64,000 nt of DNA from Candidatus Entotheonellaceae bacterium (GCA_965238075.1 OZ250173.1:1856001-1920000); one strand, 5' to 3'; counted from the stretch's first letter, positions 19,521 to 32,699 are shown. Program-made: numbers and translations. Notes: generated from the letters alone by a model not told the origin.

Positions 19521-21197
19521 ATGGATCAGCAATACGTCAGCGCCATCTTTGACGAAATCGCCAATCTGCTGGAACTGCGGCGCGACGATCCGTTTCGTAT
19601 CCGCGCCTATCGACGGGCCGCGCAAGCGATCCTGTCCGTCGACGAGAGCTTGCAGGCAATCGCTCGGCGCGGTGGGCTTGAAGACATTTCGGGCATTGGC
19701 AAGACACTCGCCAGCGAAATCGACGAACTCCTCGACACCGGCCGACTGCGTTATCACGACCACCTGAAAAGTACGGTGCCCGAGGGCCTGCCGGGCCTGC
19801 TGCGCCTCCCGAGTCTGACGATCCAGCAGGCACGCACCTTGTGGCAGCAGCATCGGATCACCTCTCTGAAGCAACTTGCCCAGGCTTACCGAGCCGACCA
19901 GACGCCCCTGGACGCAGCCACGCTTGCCGTCTTGGGTAGGGACCTTGCAGCCTGGGAGCGGGGCGAGAATCGCATGTTGCTCGGCACCGCCTGCCCGCGC
20001 GCCGAAGCCCTGACGCATAACCTCGCAAAGCTCTCGACCGTTCAACAGATTGAAATTGCTGGTAGTATCCGCCGCGGCGCGATCCTGGTAGGCGATATCA
20101 ATATCGTCATGGGCTCCGAGGACCCGGAGGGCCTGATTCGATATTGCCGTCGTCAGCCGGAAGTAACCCAGATTCTTGACAGCGGAGCGACCTCAACGGC
20201 GATGCGCATCTCCGAGGGTCTGCGCGTCTCGCTCGTCGCCGTGCCGCCGACGGAATTTGGCGGCGCCCTGCTGCTGGGGACCGGTTCCGACGCCCACTTG
20301 GCCGCGCTGCAGCAGTGGGCTCAACTTCACGGCTGGTGCCTCAACGAGCGCGCCGCGGCAGAAGAAGCGGACCTGTACGAACTGCTGGGATTGCCGTTTA
20401 TCGCTCCTGAATTGCGCGAGGGCCGCGGGGAGATTGAGGCGGCGGAAGCGGACAATCTGCCGCAACTCGTGTCGCAGCAAGATGTGCTTGGCGATTTTCG
20501 CGTCGGCAGCCATTGGGGAAACGGTGCCAACGGCCTGGACCAGATTGCCCAGGCCGCTCGGAAGATGGGCTACCAATACGTGGGCATCTGCGATGCCGCC
20601 TACTCAGCCGCCACAGGCCGCGGGCTCACCCCTGGCGAACTCGAGCAGCAGATCGCTTCGATCGAGTTGATGAACGCCGCCTTGCCGGACGATTTTCGCC
20701 TGCTGGCCGGCGTGGAAGTCGACATTTCACCCGACGGCGGCCTCCAGACCCCTGCGGAACTGCTACAGACGTGCGATGTGGTGGTCGCCGCCGCACGCAC
20801 TGGCCTCAAAGAACCGCGCCGTCAACTGACCCGCCGTTTGTGCAAGGCCATGGAGAATCCACTCGTCCACATTCTGGCACCCCCGCCCGGACGCCCTCCG
20901 GGTGACCCGGAGATGCCGCCCATCGACACGGAAGCGATCCTGGAAACCGCGGCTGCCACCAATACTTGTCTGGAAATCAATAGCCACCCCCTACGCCCTG
21001 GTCTGCCGGATGTCCACGTACGCACAGCCAGGGACCGCGGCGTGATGCTCGCCCTTGGCTCCGGCGCGCAGCACATACGCGAGATGCAATCCATGGCCCT
21101 CGGCGTGACGACGGCGCGCCGCGGCTGGGCCGAACCGCGGCATCTGCTCAATACCCGGCCACTCCAGGCAGTTCTGCAGTTTCTGAAAAAGGCGTGA
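19521..21197 (+). CDS. polX: PolX-PHP family protein with degenerate catalytic residues
   Basis: DPFRIRAYRRAA, HhH ISGIGK, AGSIRR, PFIAPELREG and a PHP fold (GVEVDI, EINS, GVTTARRGW). The catalytic Asp/His residues are substituted. Confidence 0.85.
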   Translation: MDQQYVSAIFDEIANLLELRRDDPFRIRAYRRAAQAILSVDESLQAIARRGGLEDISGIGKTLASEIDELLDTGRLRYHDHLKSTVPEGLPGLLRLPSLTIQQARTLWQQHRITSLKQLAQAYRADQTPLDAATLAVLGRDLAAWERGENRMLLGTACPRAEALTHNLAKLSTVQQIEIAGSIRRGAILVGDINIVMGSEDPEGLIRYCRRQPEVTQILDSGATSTAMRISEGLRVSLVAVPPTEFGGALLLGTGSDAHLAALQQWAQLHGWCLNERAAAEEADLYELLGLPFIAPELREGRGEIEAAEADNLPQLVSQQDVLGDFRVGSHWGNGANGLDQIAQAARKMGYQYVGICDAAYSAATGRGLTPGELEQQIASIELMNAALPDDFRLLAGVEVDISPDGGLQTPAELLQTCDVVVAAARTGLKEPRRQLTRRLCKAMENPLVHILAPPPGRPPGDPEMPPIDTEAILETAAATNTCLEINSHPLRPGLPDVHVRTARDRGVMLALGSGAQHIREMQSMALGVTTARRGWAEPRHLLNTRPLQAVLQFLKKA

Positions 21198-21223
21198 GGA
21201 AACGGGGAGGGGGAGTTGCGCTT

Positions 21224-21820
21224 TCAGATGTCGCGCCGGCCTTCCAGCGAGCGGCTCAGCGTGATTTCGTCGGCGTATTCAAGATGACCACCGACCGGCA
21301 GACCATGCGCGAGGCGTGTGAGGCGGATGCCGTGGGGTTTCACGAGCCGGGCGAGATAGAGGACCGTGGCTTCGCCTTCTATGTTGGGATTGGTCGCACA
21401 AATGATTTCGTGGATGCCGCCCCGTTCCACCCGGGCCAGCAAGGCATCAATCGTCAGTTGATCGGGTCCGATTCCGTCGAGCGGCGAAAGCGCGCCCATC
21501 AGGACGTGGTACAGCCCATTGTACACCCCGGTGCGCTCGATGAGAAACACATCGCTCGGGTCTTCCACCACGCAAATGAGACCGCCGTCGCGCGACGGGT
21601 CGGTGCACAGTGCGCAGGGATCGGCCTCCGTAATGCCGCGGCAGCGCGAACAAAAGATGATTTTCTCTTTCACTTCCACAATCGCCTGAGCGAGGCGCTG
21701 AGCGCGCTCCTGTGGGGTTCGCAGGATATAAAAGGCAAGGCGCTGGGCGGTTTTCTCACCGATGCCGGGCAGGCGGCAAAGCTCTTCCATCAGGGTGGAG
21801 AGCGTACGGGGTCGGAACAT
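21224..21820 (-). CDS. recR: recombination protein RecR
   Basis: LPGIGEKTAQRLAF, C4 zinc finger, VVED TOPRIM, ATNPNIEGEAT and LEYADE. Confidence 0.96.
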   Translation of the reverse strand: MFRPRTLSTLMEELCRLPGIGEKTAQRLAFYILRTPQERAQRLAQAIVEVKEKIIFCSRCRGITEADPCALCTDPSRDGGLICVVEDPSDVFLIERTGVYNGLYHVLMGALSPLDGIGPDQLTIDALLARVERGGIHEIICATNPNIEGEATVLYLARLVKPHGIRLTRLAHGLPVGGHLEYADEITLSRSLEGRRDI

Positions 21821-21839
21821 AGCGATTCCCTGTAGCAGC

Positions 21840-22157
21840 TCAGAAGAGACCGGGGATTTTCATTCCACCAGTCAGCTTGCTCATCTCGTCGGAAATCATC
21901 TCCTGAGACTTGCGCAGGGCTTCGTTAACACCAGCCAGAACAAGGTCTTCAAGCATTTCGATGTCGTCCGGGTCAACGACCTGCGGCTCAATCTTGAGGC
22001 GCAGGAGTTCATTTTTGCCGTTGACCGTGACCGAAACCATGCCACCGCCGACCGACGCCTCGACGGTCCGCTGCGCGAGTTCTTCTTGCATCTTGACCAT
22101 CTTCTGCTGCATCTGCTGGGCCTGCTTGAACAGATTGCCCATACCACCTTTCATCAT
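21840..22157 (-). CDS. ybaB: YbaB/EbfC nucleoid-associated protein
   Basis: [28 protein letters not shown]. It lies between dnaX and recR, with RBS GAGGAG. Confidence 0.93.
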   Translation of the reverse strand: MMKGGMGNLFKQAQQMQQKMVKMQEELAQRTVEASVGGGMVSVTVNGKNELLRLKIEPQVVDPDDIEMLEDLVLAGVNEALRKSQEMISDEMSKLTGGMKIPGLF

Positions 22158-22164
22158 ATACTCC

Positions 22165-23808
22165 TCATCGAGGTACGGCTTGAAAGATCTCCACGACAGC
22201 TTCCTTGAAAGCAAGTTTGTTCTTCTGCATGTCCTCTAAGGTGGACTCGCCGGAGTTGGTTGCGGCGGCGCCGGGGGTCGGAGCGATGTCCGGCTCTGGC
22301 TCTAGTAAAGGTTCGATAGCCACATGAAAGTCCGGTCCGAAAAGCTCCTGGGCGATTTCCCGGATCGTGGCGAGGTTTTCAGGCTCGCTTAATGTCGACA
22401 GATGGAACGCGTCGCGTTCGCGTATGCCAACCGTCAACTTGTTGTCCTGACTGGAAACGACGGTGCCCTGCTCCAGACAACCCGCCAACGAGGGGCGTTT
22501 CCGTGCAACCCGCTCCTGCAACATGGGCCAGGGGTCACCTTCGGATGAAGGCGGCGCCTCGGACGCTGTAGCAACAGTTGATTCCGACGCTGACGATTCA
22601 TGCACCGCGCTCGCAGCCGGCTCGGGGGCGGCTGCAGGGTAGGAGGTCGGCGGCGGCGACGGAGCTTGATCGTCGCCATACTGTTGCAGGTAGTCCAGCA
22701 CCGATTGCAGCGGCTGCACCCGGCCAATGCAAGCCATTCGCACCAGTGCCATTTCGAGAATCAGCATCGGATTGCTAGCATACCGCAGCGACCCTTCCGC
22801 CGTTGACAGCGTGTGAAACTGCCCGTAGATCTCCTCCGGGCTAACCGCGTCCGCAATACGGCGCAACGCCGTCATGTCTGACTCCGACAACGGGATTAAA
22901 CTCTCCGGATGCGGCACCGTCTTGAGCACAATGAGATGGCGCAGCGCCTCCAGCAGCGCCTTCATGATACTGCCGGCCTCATAACCCTCCATCTGTAGCT
23001 GGCCGACGGTATGTAAAGCCATTTCAGCGTCCTGTCTGAACAAGGCGCCCAGACAAGCCACCAACGGTTCGCTGCCCACGTGCCCGAGGAGCTGCCGCAC
23101 GTCGTCATCCTGAATCTCCGTGCCACAGAAGGCAATAACCTGATCGAGTAGACTCTGGCTGTCACGCATGCTGCCCTCAGCGGCTCGCGCAATATGCGCC
23201 AAGCTGGTCGGCGATATGGTGATGCCCTCGCTTTGCGTGATGGAGGCCAGTTGTGCGCAGATACCCGTGAGGGAGACGCGCTTGAACTCGAACCGCTGGC
23301 AGCGGGAGACAATGGTGAGGGGGATTTTTTCCAACTCGGTGGTGGCGAAGACGAACACGACGTGGGGCGGCGGCTCCTCAAGCGTCTTGAGCAGCGCGTT
23401 AAACGCCTCCTTGGTCAACATGTGGACTTCATCAATGATGTAAATCTTGTAGCGCCCGCCGGACGGCAGGTAGCGCAACTGCTCACGCAGGTCACGTATC
23501 TCGTCGATGCCGCGGTTGGAAGCGCCGTCGATTTCAATGATGTCCAGGTAGGAACCTTGCGTGATTTCTTGGCAGGATCGGCAGGTGTTGCACGGTTGAA
23601 CGGTGGGGCCTTGCTCACAATTGAGGGCTTTGGCCAGCAGGCGGGCCATGGTGGTTTTGCCGACGCCGCGGGTACCCGAGAACAGGTAGGCGTGGGCGAC
23701 GCGGTTGAGTTGGATGGCGTTTTTCAGGGTTCGGGTGACGTGTTGCTGCTCGACGACGTCGTCGAATGTTTGGGGGCGCCATCTCCGTGCGGTGACTTGG
23801 TACCCCAT
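22165..23808 (-). CDS. dnaX: DNA polymerase III subunit gamma/tau
   Basis: [42 protein letters not shown] and GSMRD. Confidence 0.96.
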   Translation of the reverse strand: MGYQVTARRWRPQTFDDVVEQQHVTRTLKNAIQLNRVAHAYLFSGTRGVGKTTMARLLAKALNCEQGPTVQPCNTCRSCQEITQGSYLDIIEIDGASNRGIDEIRDLREQLRYLPSGGRYKIYIIDEVHMLTKEAFNALLKTLEEPPPHVVFVFATTELEKIPLTIVSRCQRFEFKRVSLTGICAQLASITQSEGITISPTSLAHIARAAEGSMRDSQSLLDQVIAFCGTEIQDDDVRQLLGHVGSEPLVACLGALFRQDAEMALHTVGQLQMEGYEAGSIMKALLEALRHLIVLKTVPHPESLIPLSESDMTALRRIADAVSPEEIYGQFHTLSTAEGSLRYASNPMLILEMALVRMACIGRVQPLQSVLDYLQQYGDDQAPSPPPTSYPAAAPEPAASAVHESSASESTVATASEAPPSSEGDPWPMLQERVARKRPSLAGCLEQGTVVSSQDNKLTVGIRERDAFHLSTLSEPENLATIREIAQELFGPDFHVAIEPLLEPEPDIAPTPGAAATNSGESTLEDMQKNKLAFKEAVVEIFQAVPR

Positions 23809-23853
23809 AGATATCTCCATCAGCATCGACTGCAGTGGACCGCGATTCCAGAC

Positions 23854-24126
23854 GGCCGTGCACCCAGTCTCGACCTACCGGGACGAAACGCCGCTTCCCA
23901 TAGCGAGCTCAGATCAGGCACTCCTGCGGCCCCCGAGGAAAGCTGCTTACGGCTGCTTCCTTCCGGACCTGACCGGGTTCACAACGCCTCGTGGCACAGG
24001 ACCCAACCTTCAAAGCTGTTTATGGGGCGAACCTTCCGCCCGATGGGGCCTCAACATGAGGAATTCCGTCCCGCTATAGCGGATTGCGGGTTACAGGGCA
24101 CCGCTACCTCCCCACCTAGCACGACC
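23854..24126 (-). ncRNA. ffs: large (Alu-domain-containing) bacterial SRP RNA
   Basis: The minus strand begins GGTCGTGCTAGGTGGGGAGGTAGCGGTGCCCTGT (Bacillus scRNA-like Alu), contains helix 8 GTCAGGTCCGGAAGGAAGCAGC, and ends GGGTGCACGGCC. It sits in the usual position upstream of dnaX. Confidence 0.92.
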
Positions 24127-24152
24127 TTTCTTGCGCTCTTCACGCTGGTGAA

Positions 24153-24240
24153 CGGAGAGGGTGGGATTCGAACCCACGGGGCGCTTTTGGCACCCACGCG
24201 CTCTCCAGGCGCGCCGATTCGACCGCTCTCGCACCTCTCC
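24153..24240 (-). tRNA. tRNA-Ser(GGA)
   Basis: GGAGAGG acceptor, anticodon arm CGCGC-CTGGAGA-GCGCG, long variable arm and GGTTCGAATCC. No encoded CCA. Confidence 0.93.
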
Positions 24241-24261
24241 TCTTCACTGGCGACAAAAAAG

Positions 24262-24346
24262 CGGAGAGAGAGGGATTTGAACCCCCGGTACCCGTAGGTA
24301 CAGTTGATTTCGAATCAACCGCCTTCAACCGCTCGGCCATCTCTCC
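24262..24346 (-). tRNA. tRNA-Ser(CGA)
   Basis: GGAGAGA acceptor, anticodon arm GTTGA-TTCGAAA-TCAAC, variable arm and GGTTCAAATCC. Confidence 0.92.
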
Positions 24347-24390
24347 GTGGTTGCTGGTTCCGCGTGTGCATGCGGCGGCAATGCGTTGGG

Positions 24391-24882
24391 CTAAACGCCG
24401 CACCACCGCGCGCTCTGCGAACGCTGTTGCTGACGTAAGTTCCGAAAGAACGCGCTGAGCAAAACGCTACATTCCGCCTCGCAGACGCCGCTAACGACCG
24501 GAAATGTGTGATTGAGTCGTTGGCTACCCAGGATGTCGAATTGCGAGCCGCAGGCACCGGCCTTCGGGTCGTGACAGCCAAACACGAGCCGCGCAATTCG
24601 GCTCAGAATCGCGGCGCCGAGACACATGATACAGGGTTCAAGGGTGACGTACAAGACGGCCCCAGTGAGGTACCAAGTGCCCATTTTCTGGGCTGCCTGG
24701 CGCAGCGCCAACACCTCCGCGTGGGCTGTCGGATCGCCCAGCGCCTGCCGCTGGTTGCAACCCCGGCCGACGATCACGTCATCCACGACGACAACCGCCC
24801 CGACCGGCACGTCCGCGGCATGCAACGCTTTGCGCGCCTCGCCCAACGCCGCTTGCATGAAGTGTTGGTGATCGACTTGCAC
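24391..24882 (-). CDS. tadA: tRNA adenosine-34 deaminase TadA
   Basis: [33 protein letters not shown] and FFRNLR. Start GTG 24882 follows AGGAAG. Confidence 0.93.
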   Translation of the reverse strand: MQVDHQHFMQAALGEARKALHAADVPVGAVVVVDDVIVGRGCNQRQALGDPTAHAEVLALRQAAQKMGTWYLTGAVLYVTLEPCIMCLGAAILSRIARLVFGCHDPKAGACGSQFDILGSQRLNHTFPVVSGVCEAECSVLLSAFFRNLRQQQRSQSARWCGV

Positions 24883-24909
24883 GGCTGCGGGACTTCCTGA
24901 CGTTCGGGG

Positions 24910-24945
24910 AAAAAAGAAGGGCACCCTTTTTCAGGAGGTGCCCTT
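24910..24945 (-). terminator. intrinsic terminator-like hairpin after tRNA-Arg
   Basis: On the minus strand, AAGGGCACC...GGTGCCCTT is followed by CTTTTTT. Confidence 0.65.
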
Positions 24946-24955
24946 GCGTGGGAAA

Positions 24956-25029
24956 CGCGCCGAAGAGGAGTTGAACCCCCAGCCTCCAGATCCGTAGTCT
25001 GGCGCTCTATCCAATTGAGCTACCGGCGC
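24956..25029 (-). tRNA. tRNA-Arg(ACG)
   Basis: GCGCCGGTAGCTCAATTGGATAGAGCG, anticodon arm CCAGA-CTACGGA-TCTGG and GGTTCAACTCC. Confidence 0.93.
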
Positions 25030-25044
25030 TCAGGAGCAATGTGA

Positions 25045-25134
25045 CGGAGAGGGAGGGATTCGAACCCTCGTAGCACTTTTTAGGCGCTAAATCGCTTAGC
25101 AGGCGATCACCTTCAGCCGCTCGGTCACCTCTCC
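25045..25134 (-). tRNA. tRNA-Ser(GCT)
   Basis: Anticodon arm ATCGC-CTGCTAA-GCGAT, long variable arm and GGTTCGAATCC. Confidence 0.93.
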
Positions 25135-25176
25135 AGGGTATGAACGGATGTGCGCGATTCGACGTGAGTGGAGCCA

Positions 25177-25260
<84 letters not shown>

Positions 25261-25346
25261 CGTGTCCAAGAACATCACGCTTGGTATTCGTTCAGAGCTG
25301 GAGAGAATAGCACGACATCATGGAAACCTTCAAGACATTCCTCTGG

Positions 25347-27920
25347 CTAGGCCGACGCACCGTTGGAGCTTCCCGGAAGCAGCGGGCTGCCCTCGCCCGT
25401 ATCATCCGTCTCATCGATGTCGTCCTCCCCGTCCTCCTCAATGCGTACCGCGCCGACGAGGCGTTGATCGGCTCGCAGATTGATGAGCCGTACGCCCTGT
25501 GTATTGCGACCGGTGGGCCGGATATCGCCGACCGGTAGGCGGACCAGGTTGCCTTGATCGCTCATAACCATGACGTCGTCATCATCGAAAACCTGCAAGA
25601 TACCCATGACAGGCCCGGTTTTGGCCGTGATGCGCAGGTTGATGAGTCCCTTGCCGCCGCGGCTTTGGGTACGGTATTCGGACTCGGTGGTACGTTTGCC
25701 GTAACCACTTTCGGAAACACTCAGAATCGTAGAATCGGGACTGAGGACCTCCATGCCGACGACCTCGTCGTCCTTAGCGAGCCGGAGACCCTTGACGCCG
25801 CGAGCCGTACGCCCGATGGCCCGTGCGTCCGATTCGTTGAAGCGAATGGCCTTGCCCTTTCGGGTGCCGAGGAGAATGTCCTGGTCGCCCTGGGTGACGC
25901 CGACGCGAATGAGTTCGTCGCCGTCGTCGAGGTTCAGAGCGATGATACCGGCTTGCCTGGGGTTGCTGTACGCCTTGAGGGAGGTCTTTTTCACGACGCC
26001 GAACTTGGTGGCCATAATCAGGTAGCGGTCGATCTCGAAGCGCCGGATCGGCACCACCGTGGAAATGCGCTCGTCGGGCTGGAGCTGCAACAGGTTGACC
26101 ACCGCCTTGCCCTTGGCGATTCGGCTGGCTAATGGTAGTTGGTAGACCTTGAGCCAATGGACCTTACCGATGTTGGTAAAGAATAACAAGTAGTCATGCG
26201 TCGAGGCGATGAAAAGTTGCTCGACGAAGTCCTCCTCGCGCGTCTGCATGGCCATCTTGCCTTTGCCGCCGCGGTGCTGGTTCTGGTACAGGTTGACAGG
26301 CTGGCGCTTGATGTAGCCGGTGTGGCTTTTCGTCACCACCATGTCTTCTTCGACGATGAGGTCTTCGAGGTGGATTTCTTCCTCGGCATCGACGATCTCC
26401 GTGCGCCTTGCGTCGCCGTACTGTTCCTTGAGAGCGAGAAGGTCATCTTTGATGATGCCTTGCAGGCGGGCGTCATTGGCCAGGATGTCTTCATAGTCCT
26501 GGATGGTTTCGCGGAGCTCGGTGTGCTCGGTGAGGATCTTGTCGCGCTCCAGCCCGGTCAGGCGCTGGAGACGCAAATCCAGAATGGCCTGCGCCTGAAT
26601 GGCCGAGAGCGTCGGGAGTGCTTCGTCGTCCGCAAAATCTAGGGCTCCTTGTTCAACCGCCTCGGTTTCAAGAAGGCGAAACCTGCCCTCCATAAGTCCC
26701 TGGCGTGCCTCGTCCGGCGAAGCAGCGTTGCGAATAAGCTCGATGACGGCGTCGAGATGATCCAAGGCAATCAAGAGACCAACCAGTACATGCTCACGCT
26801 CACGAGCGCGCTCCAGGTCGTGCTGCGTTCGGCGTATGATGACTTCGCGGCGGTGCTCCAGGAAATAGATCAGCATTTCTTTCAGGGTCAGGACACGCGG
26901 CTCGTTGTCGACCAGCGCCAGCATGATGATGCCAAACGTCGACTGCAGTTGCGTATTGGCATAGAGCTGGTTCAGCACTACTTGGGAAACCGCGTCGCGC
27001 TTGAGATCGATGACAATGCGCATGCCGCGGCGGTCGGATTCGTCGCGCAGGTCCGCAATCCCCTCGATCTTCTTGGCCCGCACCATTTCGGCAATGCGTT
27101 CCAGGAGCCTGGTTTTATTCAACTGATAGGGGATCTCACTGACGATGATACACTCGCGCTCAGTGCGGTCCGACACCTCGACATCACACCGGGCGCGAAG
27201 TTGCAGGAAGCCGCGCCCGGTATGGTAGGCCTCCAGGATGCCTTGCCGGCCATGGATGAAGCCCGCGGTAGGGAAATCCGGCCCAGGGACGCATTCTATC
27301 AACTCGGGCAGCGTGCAGTCCGGGTGCTCGAGAACGAGGACCAGGGCCTCGATGACTTCCGCAAGATTGTGCGGCGGGATGTTCGTTGCCATGCCGACAG
27401 CGATGCCGGCCGAACCGTTGACCAGCAAGTTCGGAATGGCGGAGGGTAAAACGGTCGGTTCTTGCCTCGTCTCGTCGTAGTTGGGGACGTAGTCAACGGT
27501 GCTTTTGTTGATGTCGCGCAGCATTTCCTCGCCGAGGCGGGTCATGCGCGCCTCGGTGTAACGCATCGCGGCGGGCGGATCGCCGTCCACCGAGCCAAAA
27601 TTTCCCTGCCCGTCAATCAGCGGATAACGCAGCGAGAAATTCTGCGCCATGCGTACCAGCGATGGATACACGGCGCCCTCGCCGTGCGGATGGTAGTTGC
27701 CGCTGACGTCGCCGGCGATCTTGGCGCATTTACGGTGTGCGCGGTTGGCCGTCAGGTTCAGGTCTCGCATGGTAGTGAGAATGCGCCGATGCACCGGCTT
27801 GAGGCCATCTCGCACGTCGGGCAGCGCCCGGCTGATGATGACCGACATCGCGTAGTCCATGAAGGACGTGCGGAGTTCGTCGGTAATACTAATCGGCGTA
27901 AAGGTTTCTTGAATGGCCAT
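25347..27920 (-). CDS. gyrA: DNA gyrase subunit A
   Basis: [28 protein letters not shown] catalytic Tyr, GyrA-box QHRGGKG and C-terminal pinwheel repeats. Confidence 0.97.
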   Translation of the reverse strand: MAIQETFTPISITDELRTSFMDYAMSVIISRALPDVRDGLKPVHRRILTTMRDLNLTANRAHRKCAKIAGDVSGNYHPHGEGAVYPSLVRMAQNFSLRYPLIDGQGNFGSVDGDPPAAMRYTEARMTRLGEEMLRDINKSTVDYVPNYDETRQEPTVLPSAIPNLLVNGSAGIAVGMATNIPPHNLAEVIEALVLVLEHPDCTLPELIECVPGPDFPTAGFIHGRQGILEAYHTGRGFLQLRARCDVEVSDRTERECIIVSEIPYQLNKTRLLERIAEMVRAKKIEGIADLRDESDRRGMRIVIDLKRDAVSQVVLNQLYANTQLQSTFGIIMLALVDNEPRVLTLKEMLIYFLEHRREVIIRRTQHDLERAREREHVLVGLLIALDHLDAVIELIRNAASPDEARQGLMEGRFRLLETEAVEQGALDFADDEALPTLSAIQAQAILDLRLQRLTGLERDKILTEHTELRETIQDYEDILANDARLQGIIKDDLLALKEQYGDARRTEIVDAEEEIHLEDLIVEEDMVVTKSHTGYIKRQPVNLYQNQHRGGKGKMAMQTREEDFVEQLFIASTHDYLLFFTNIGKVHWLKVYQLPLASRIAKGKAVVNLLQLQPDERISTVVPIRRFEIDRYLIMATKFGVVKKTSLKAYSNPRQAGIIALNLDDGDELIRVGVTQGDQDILLGTRKGKAIRFNESDARAIGRTARGVKGLRLAKDDEVVGMEVLSPDSTILSVSESGYGKRTTESEYRTQSRGGKGLINLRITAKTGPVMGILQVFDDDDVMVMSDQGNLVRLPVGDIRPTGRNTQGVRLINLRADQRLVGAVRIEEDGEDDIDETDDTGEGSPLLPGSSNGASA

Positions 27921-27931
27921 GTCATCCCTGC

Positions 27932-30376
<2,445 letters not shown>

Positions 30377-31558
30377 CTAGTGGGTGCAGGAAGCAGCGTA
30401 TGGCATGTCGTTCCGGAGGGTCGTCTGGTCATTGAGTCGCTGCACTTGGAAGCGAGCCAGCGAGTTGAGATCATCGAACTGCTCCCGCTCCTCGGTAGCG
30501 GTGATAAAGGTTTGAAAAGCATGGGTCTTCAGAAACGTGAAAATGATCTCGCGGTTACGTGCATCGAGCTCGGAAACAATGTCATCAAGTAGCATGACGG
30601 GTCGATGGCCGCGTTGACGCTGGATACCGAGAGCCAATGCAGCTACCAACAGGAAAACGACGAGCCGTTGCTGACCCTGTGAGGCATAGCCACGCGACTC
30701 CCGGCCGCAAAAATTGATCGCAATGTCATCACGTTGTGGGCCGAAAAGGGTTTGCCCCATAGCCGTTTCGGCATGTTGCAGGCGCTGAGCCTCGGCCAGG
30801 AAATGCTCGCGCAATGGCGCGTCCGTACCATTGGTTGGCAGCAGCCTTTCGGATTGCTGGGTCGAACACTTGGCCAGAATGGCTGGACGGTAATCGAGTG
30901 ACAGGGTGCCGATGTCTGACCCCAAATCCTGCAGGAGTTCGGCCGACAGGATGCTGTTCAATAATTCGGTATGCCGCCAACGCGCCCGCATCAATTGGAT
31001 GGCAGCCGTAATAAACCGCTCGGTCCACGCGGCCAGAAAACCGGTGTCGGTTGACGTACGTAGCAACGAGTTGCGCTGTTTCAGAACATGCTGGAAATCC
31101 TGACTGACTCGTACGAAGCCGGGGTGCAAACTGGCAATCCCCCGGTCGATGAGATACCGCCTTCCCACAGGTCCACCCCGGACAACCTGTAACGTTCCCG
31201 GATGAAAGGCAACAGCAGTGAAACGGCTGGTAAATTCCCTCGTCTCCCTCGTTTCCTTACCATTGAGCCATAGGCGTCGAGTGCCCGCCGACAGTTGCAC
31301 GGCCAGCTCGCTTTGCCGATCGGCGCGCCGATCGGCAACCGTTGCCTTAACGATGCCTTGCGTGGCATCCCAGTTTCGTAGTTCTTCCCGATTGTTGGTG
31401 CGAAATGAGGACAGATTGGCCAAGAAAAAAATGGATTCCAACAGGTTCGTTTTGCCGCTGCCATTGAATCCGGTGATATAGGCACCAGCCGAGGGAAATA
31501 CCAAGTCGATATCATGGTAACTTCGGAAGCGATGAAGTGTCAGCTTCTCAAGTAACAT
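30377..31558 (-). CDS. recF: DNA replication/repair protein RecF
   Basis: FRSY, GFNGSGKTNLLE, GPQRDD, ASQGQQR and LLDDIVSELD. It lies between dnaN and gyrB. Confidence 0.93.
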   Translation of the reverse strand: MLLEKLTLHRFRSYHDIDLVFPSAGAYITGFNGSGKTNLLESIFFLANLSSFRTNNREELRNWDATQGIVKATVADRRADRQSELAVQLSAGTRRLWLNGKETRETREFTSRFTAVAFHPGTLQVVRGGPVGRRYLIDRGIASLHPGFVRVSQDFQHVLKQRNSLLRTSTDTGFLAAWTERFITAAIQLMRARWRHTELLNSILSAELLQDLGSDIGTLSLDYRPAILAKCSTQQSERLLPTNGTDAPLREHFLAEAQRLQHAETAMGQTLFGPQRDDIAINFCGRESRGYASQGQQRLVVFLLVAALALGIQRQRGHRPVMLLDDIVSELDARNREIIFTFLKTHAFQTFITATEEREQFDDLNSLARFQVQRLNDQTTLRNDMPYAASCTH

Positions 31559-31587
31559 TGCTTTATCCTGTTCGCGAACAAGGACGA

Positions 31588-32688
31588 TCAGACCCGCATT
31601 GGCATGATAACGTAGAAGAACGCATCGCTGCCGGACGGCCGGAGAATAACCGGGTTGACCGCGTCGGTAAGTTCCAGGCATACGTCGTTTTCAGTAGTAA
31701 CGGCCAGTACTTCCATCAAATAGCGGGCGTTAAAACCGATTGTCAGGTTATCGCCTTGATAGTCGGTTGAAATCTGATCGGTCGCCTCACCCATTTCCGG
31801 CGTGTTGGAACACAACGTGAGGTGTTGTGGGTCGAAGTCGATACGCACCGGCCGAGTTTTTTCGTTGGACAGGAGTGAAACGCGTCGCAGGGCTCGTAGC
31901 AGGCCCTCGTGGGCAACGGTTGCGGTAGCCTTGTGCTCTTTCGGAATAACACCCTGATAATCCGGGAACTGGCCTTCGATGAGGCGGGTCACCAGAGTGG
32001 CGCGGTCTTTACGGAAGACTAAATGGTTAGGCAGAACCGCGATTTCTATCTTTTCGGACTCGCCATCGGCGGAGAAGCGGCTGACTTCCTCAAGCGCTTT
32101 GCGGGGAACGATGACCTGTAAGGTCTTGTCCAGGCCCATCGCTTGTTTGACGTGTGCCAGTCGATGACCATCCGTAGCCACCATGGTCATATTACCGTTT
32201 TCGCAGGTCATCAACACGCCGCTGAGCGTATAGCGTGTTTCGTCATGCGAAGTCGCGAAAACCGTATGGCGAATCATATCGTCAAAGACGTTGCTATCGA
32301 TCTCGGTGAACTCGGCTTCGTCGATTGGAGGCAGAGCAGGATATTCCTCCGCCGGTAAGCAGGGAACCTTGAACTTGGATACGCCTGAAGTCAGATGTGC
32401 CCAGCCTTCGCTGCTAACCGCTAGATTGACAGGCTCGCCGGCTGGCAGTTCGCGCAGGATGTCATAGGTCTTGCGAGCTGGGAGTGTCGTCGTTCCGGGT
32501 TGGTTCACCGTTGTATCCAAGTAGCCCTTGTAGCCCAGTTCGAGGTCGGTGGCATGAATCACGGTTTCATTGCTGATCGCGGTCAACAGAAAATGGGACA
32601 GGATGGGTAGGGTGTTCTTCCGCTCGACAATGCCCTGTATCTTCTGCAAACCCTTCAGGAAAATATCTTGGCTGATGGTGAGGTTCAT
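31588..32688 (-). CDS. dnaN: DNA polymerase III beta sliding clamp
   Basis: TLPILS, ATDLE, VATDGHRL, LIEGQFPDY, IGFNARYL and VIMPMR. Confidence 0.97.
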   Translation of the reverse strand: MNLTISQDIFLKGLQKIQGIVERKNTLPILSHFLLTAISNETVIHATDLELGYKGYLDTTVNQPGTTTLPARKTYDILRELPAGEPVNLAVSSEGWAHLTSGVSKFKVPCLPAEEYPALPPIDEAEFTEIDSNVFDDMIRHTVFATSHDETRYTLSGVLMTCENGNMTMVATDGHRLAHVKQAMGLDKTLQVIVPRKALEEVSRFSADGESEKIEIAVLPNHLVFRKDRATLVTRLIEGQFPDYQGVIPKEHKATATVAHEGLLRALRRVSLLSNEKTRPVRIDFDPQHLTLCSNTPEMGEATDQISTDYQGDNLTIGFNARYLMEVLAVTTENDVCLELTDAVNPVILRPSGSDAFFYVIMPMRV

Positions 32689-32699
32689 GATTTGTTTTT

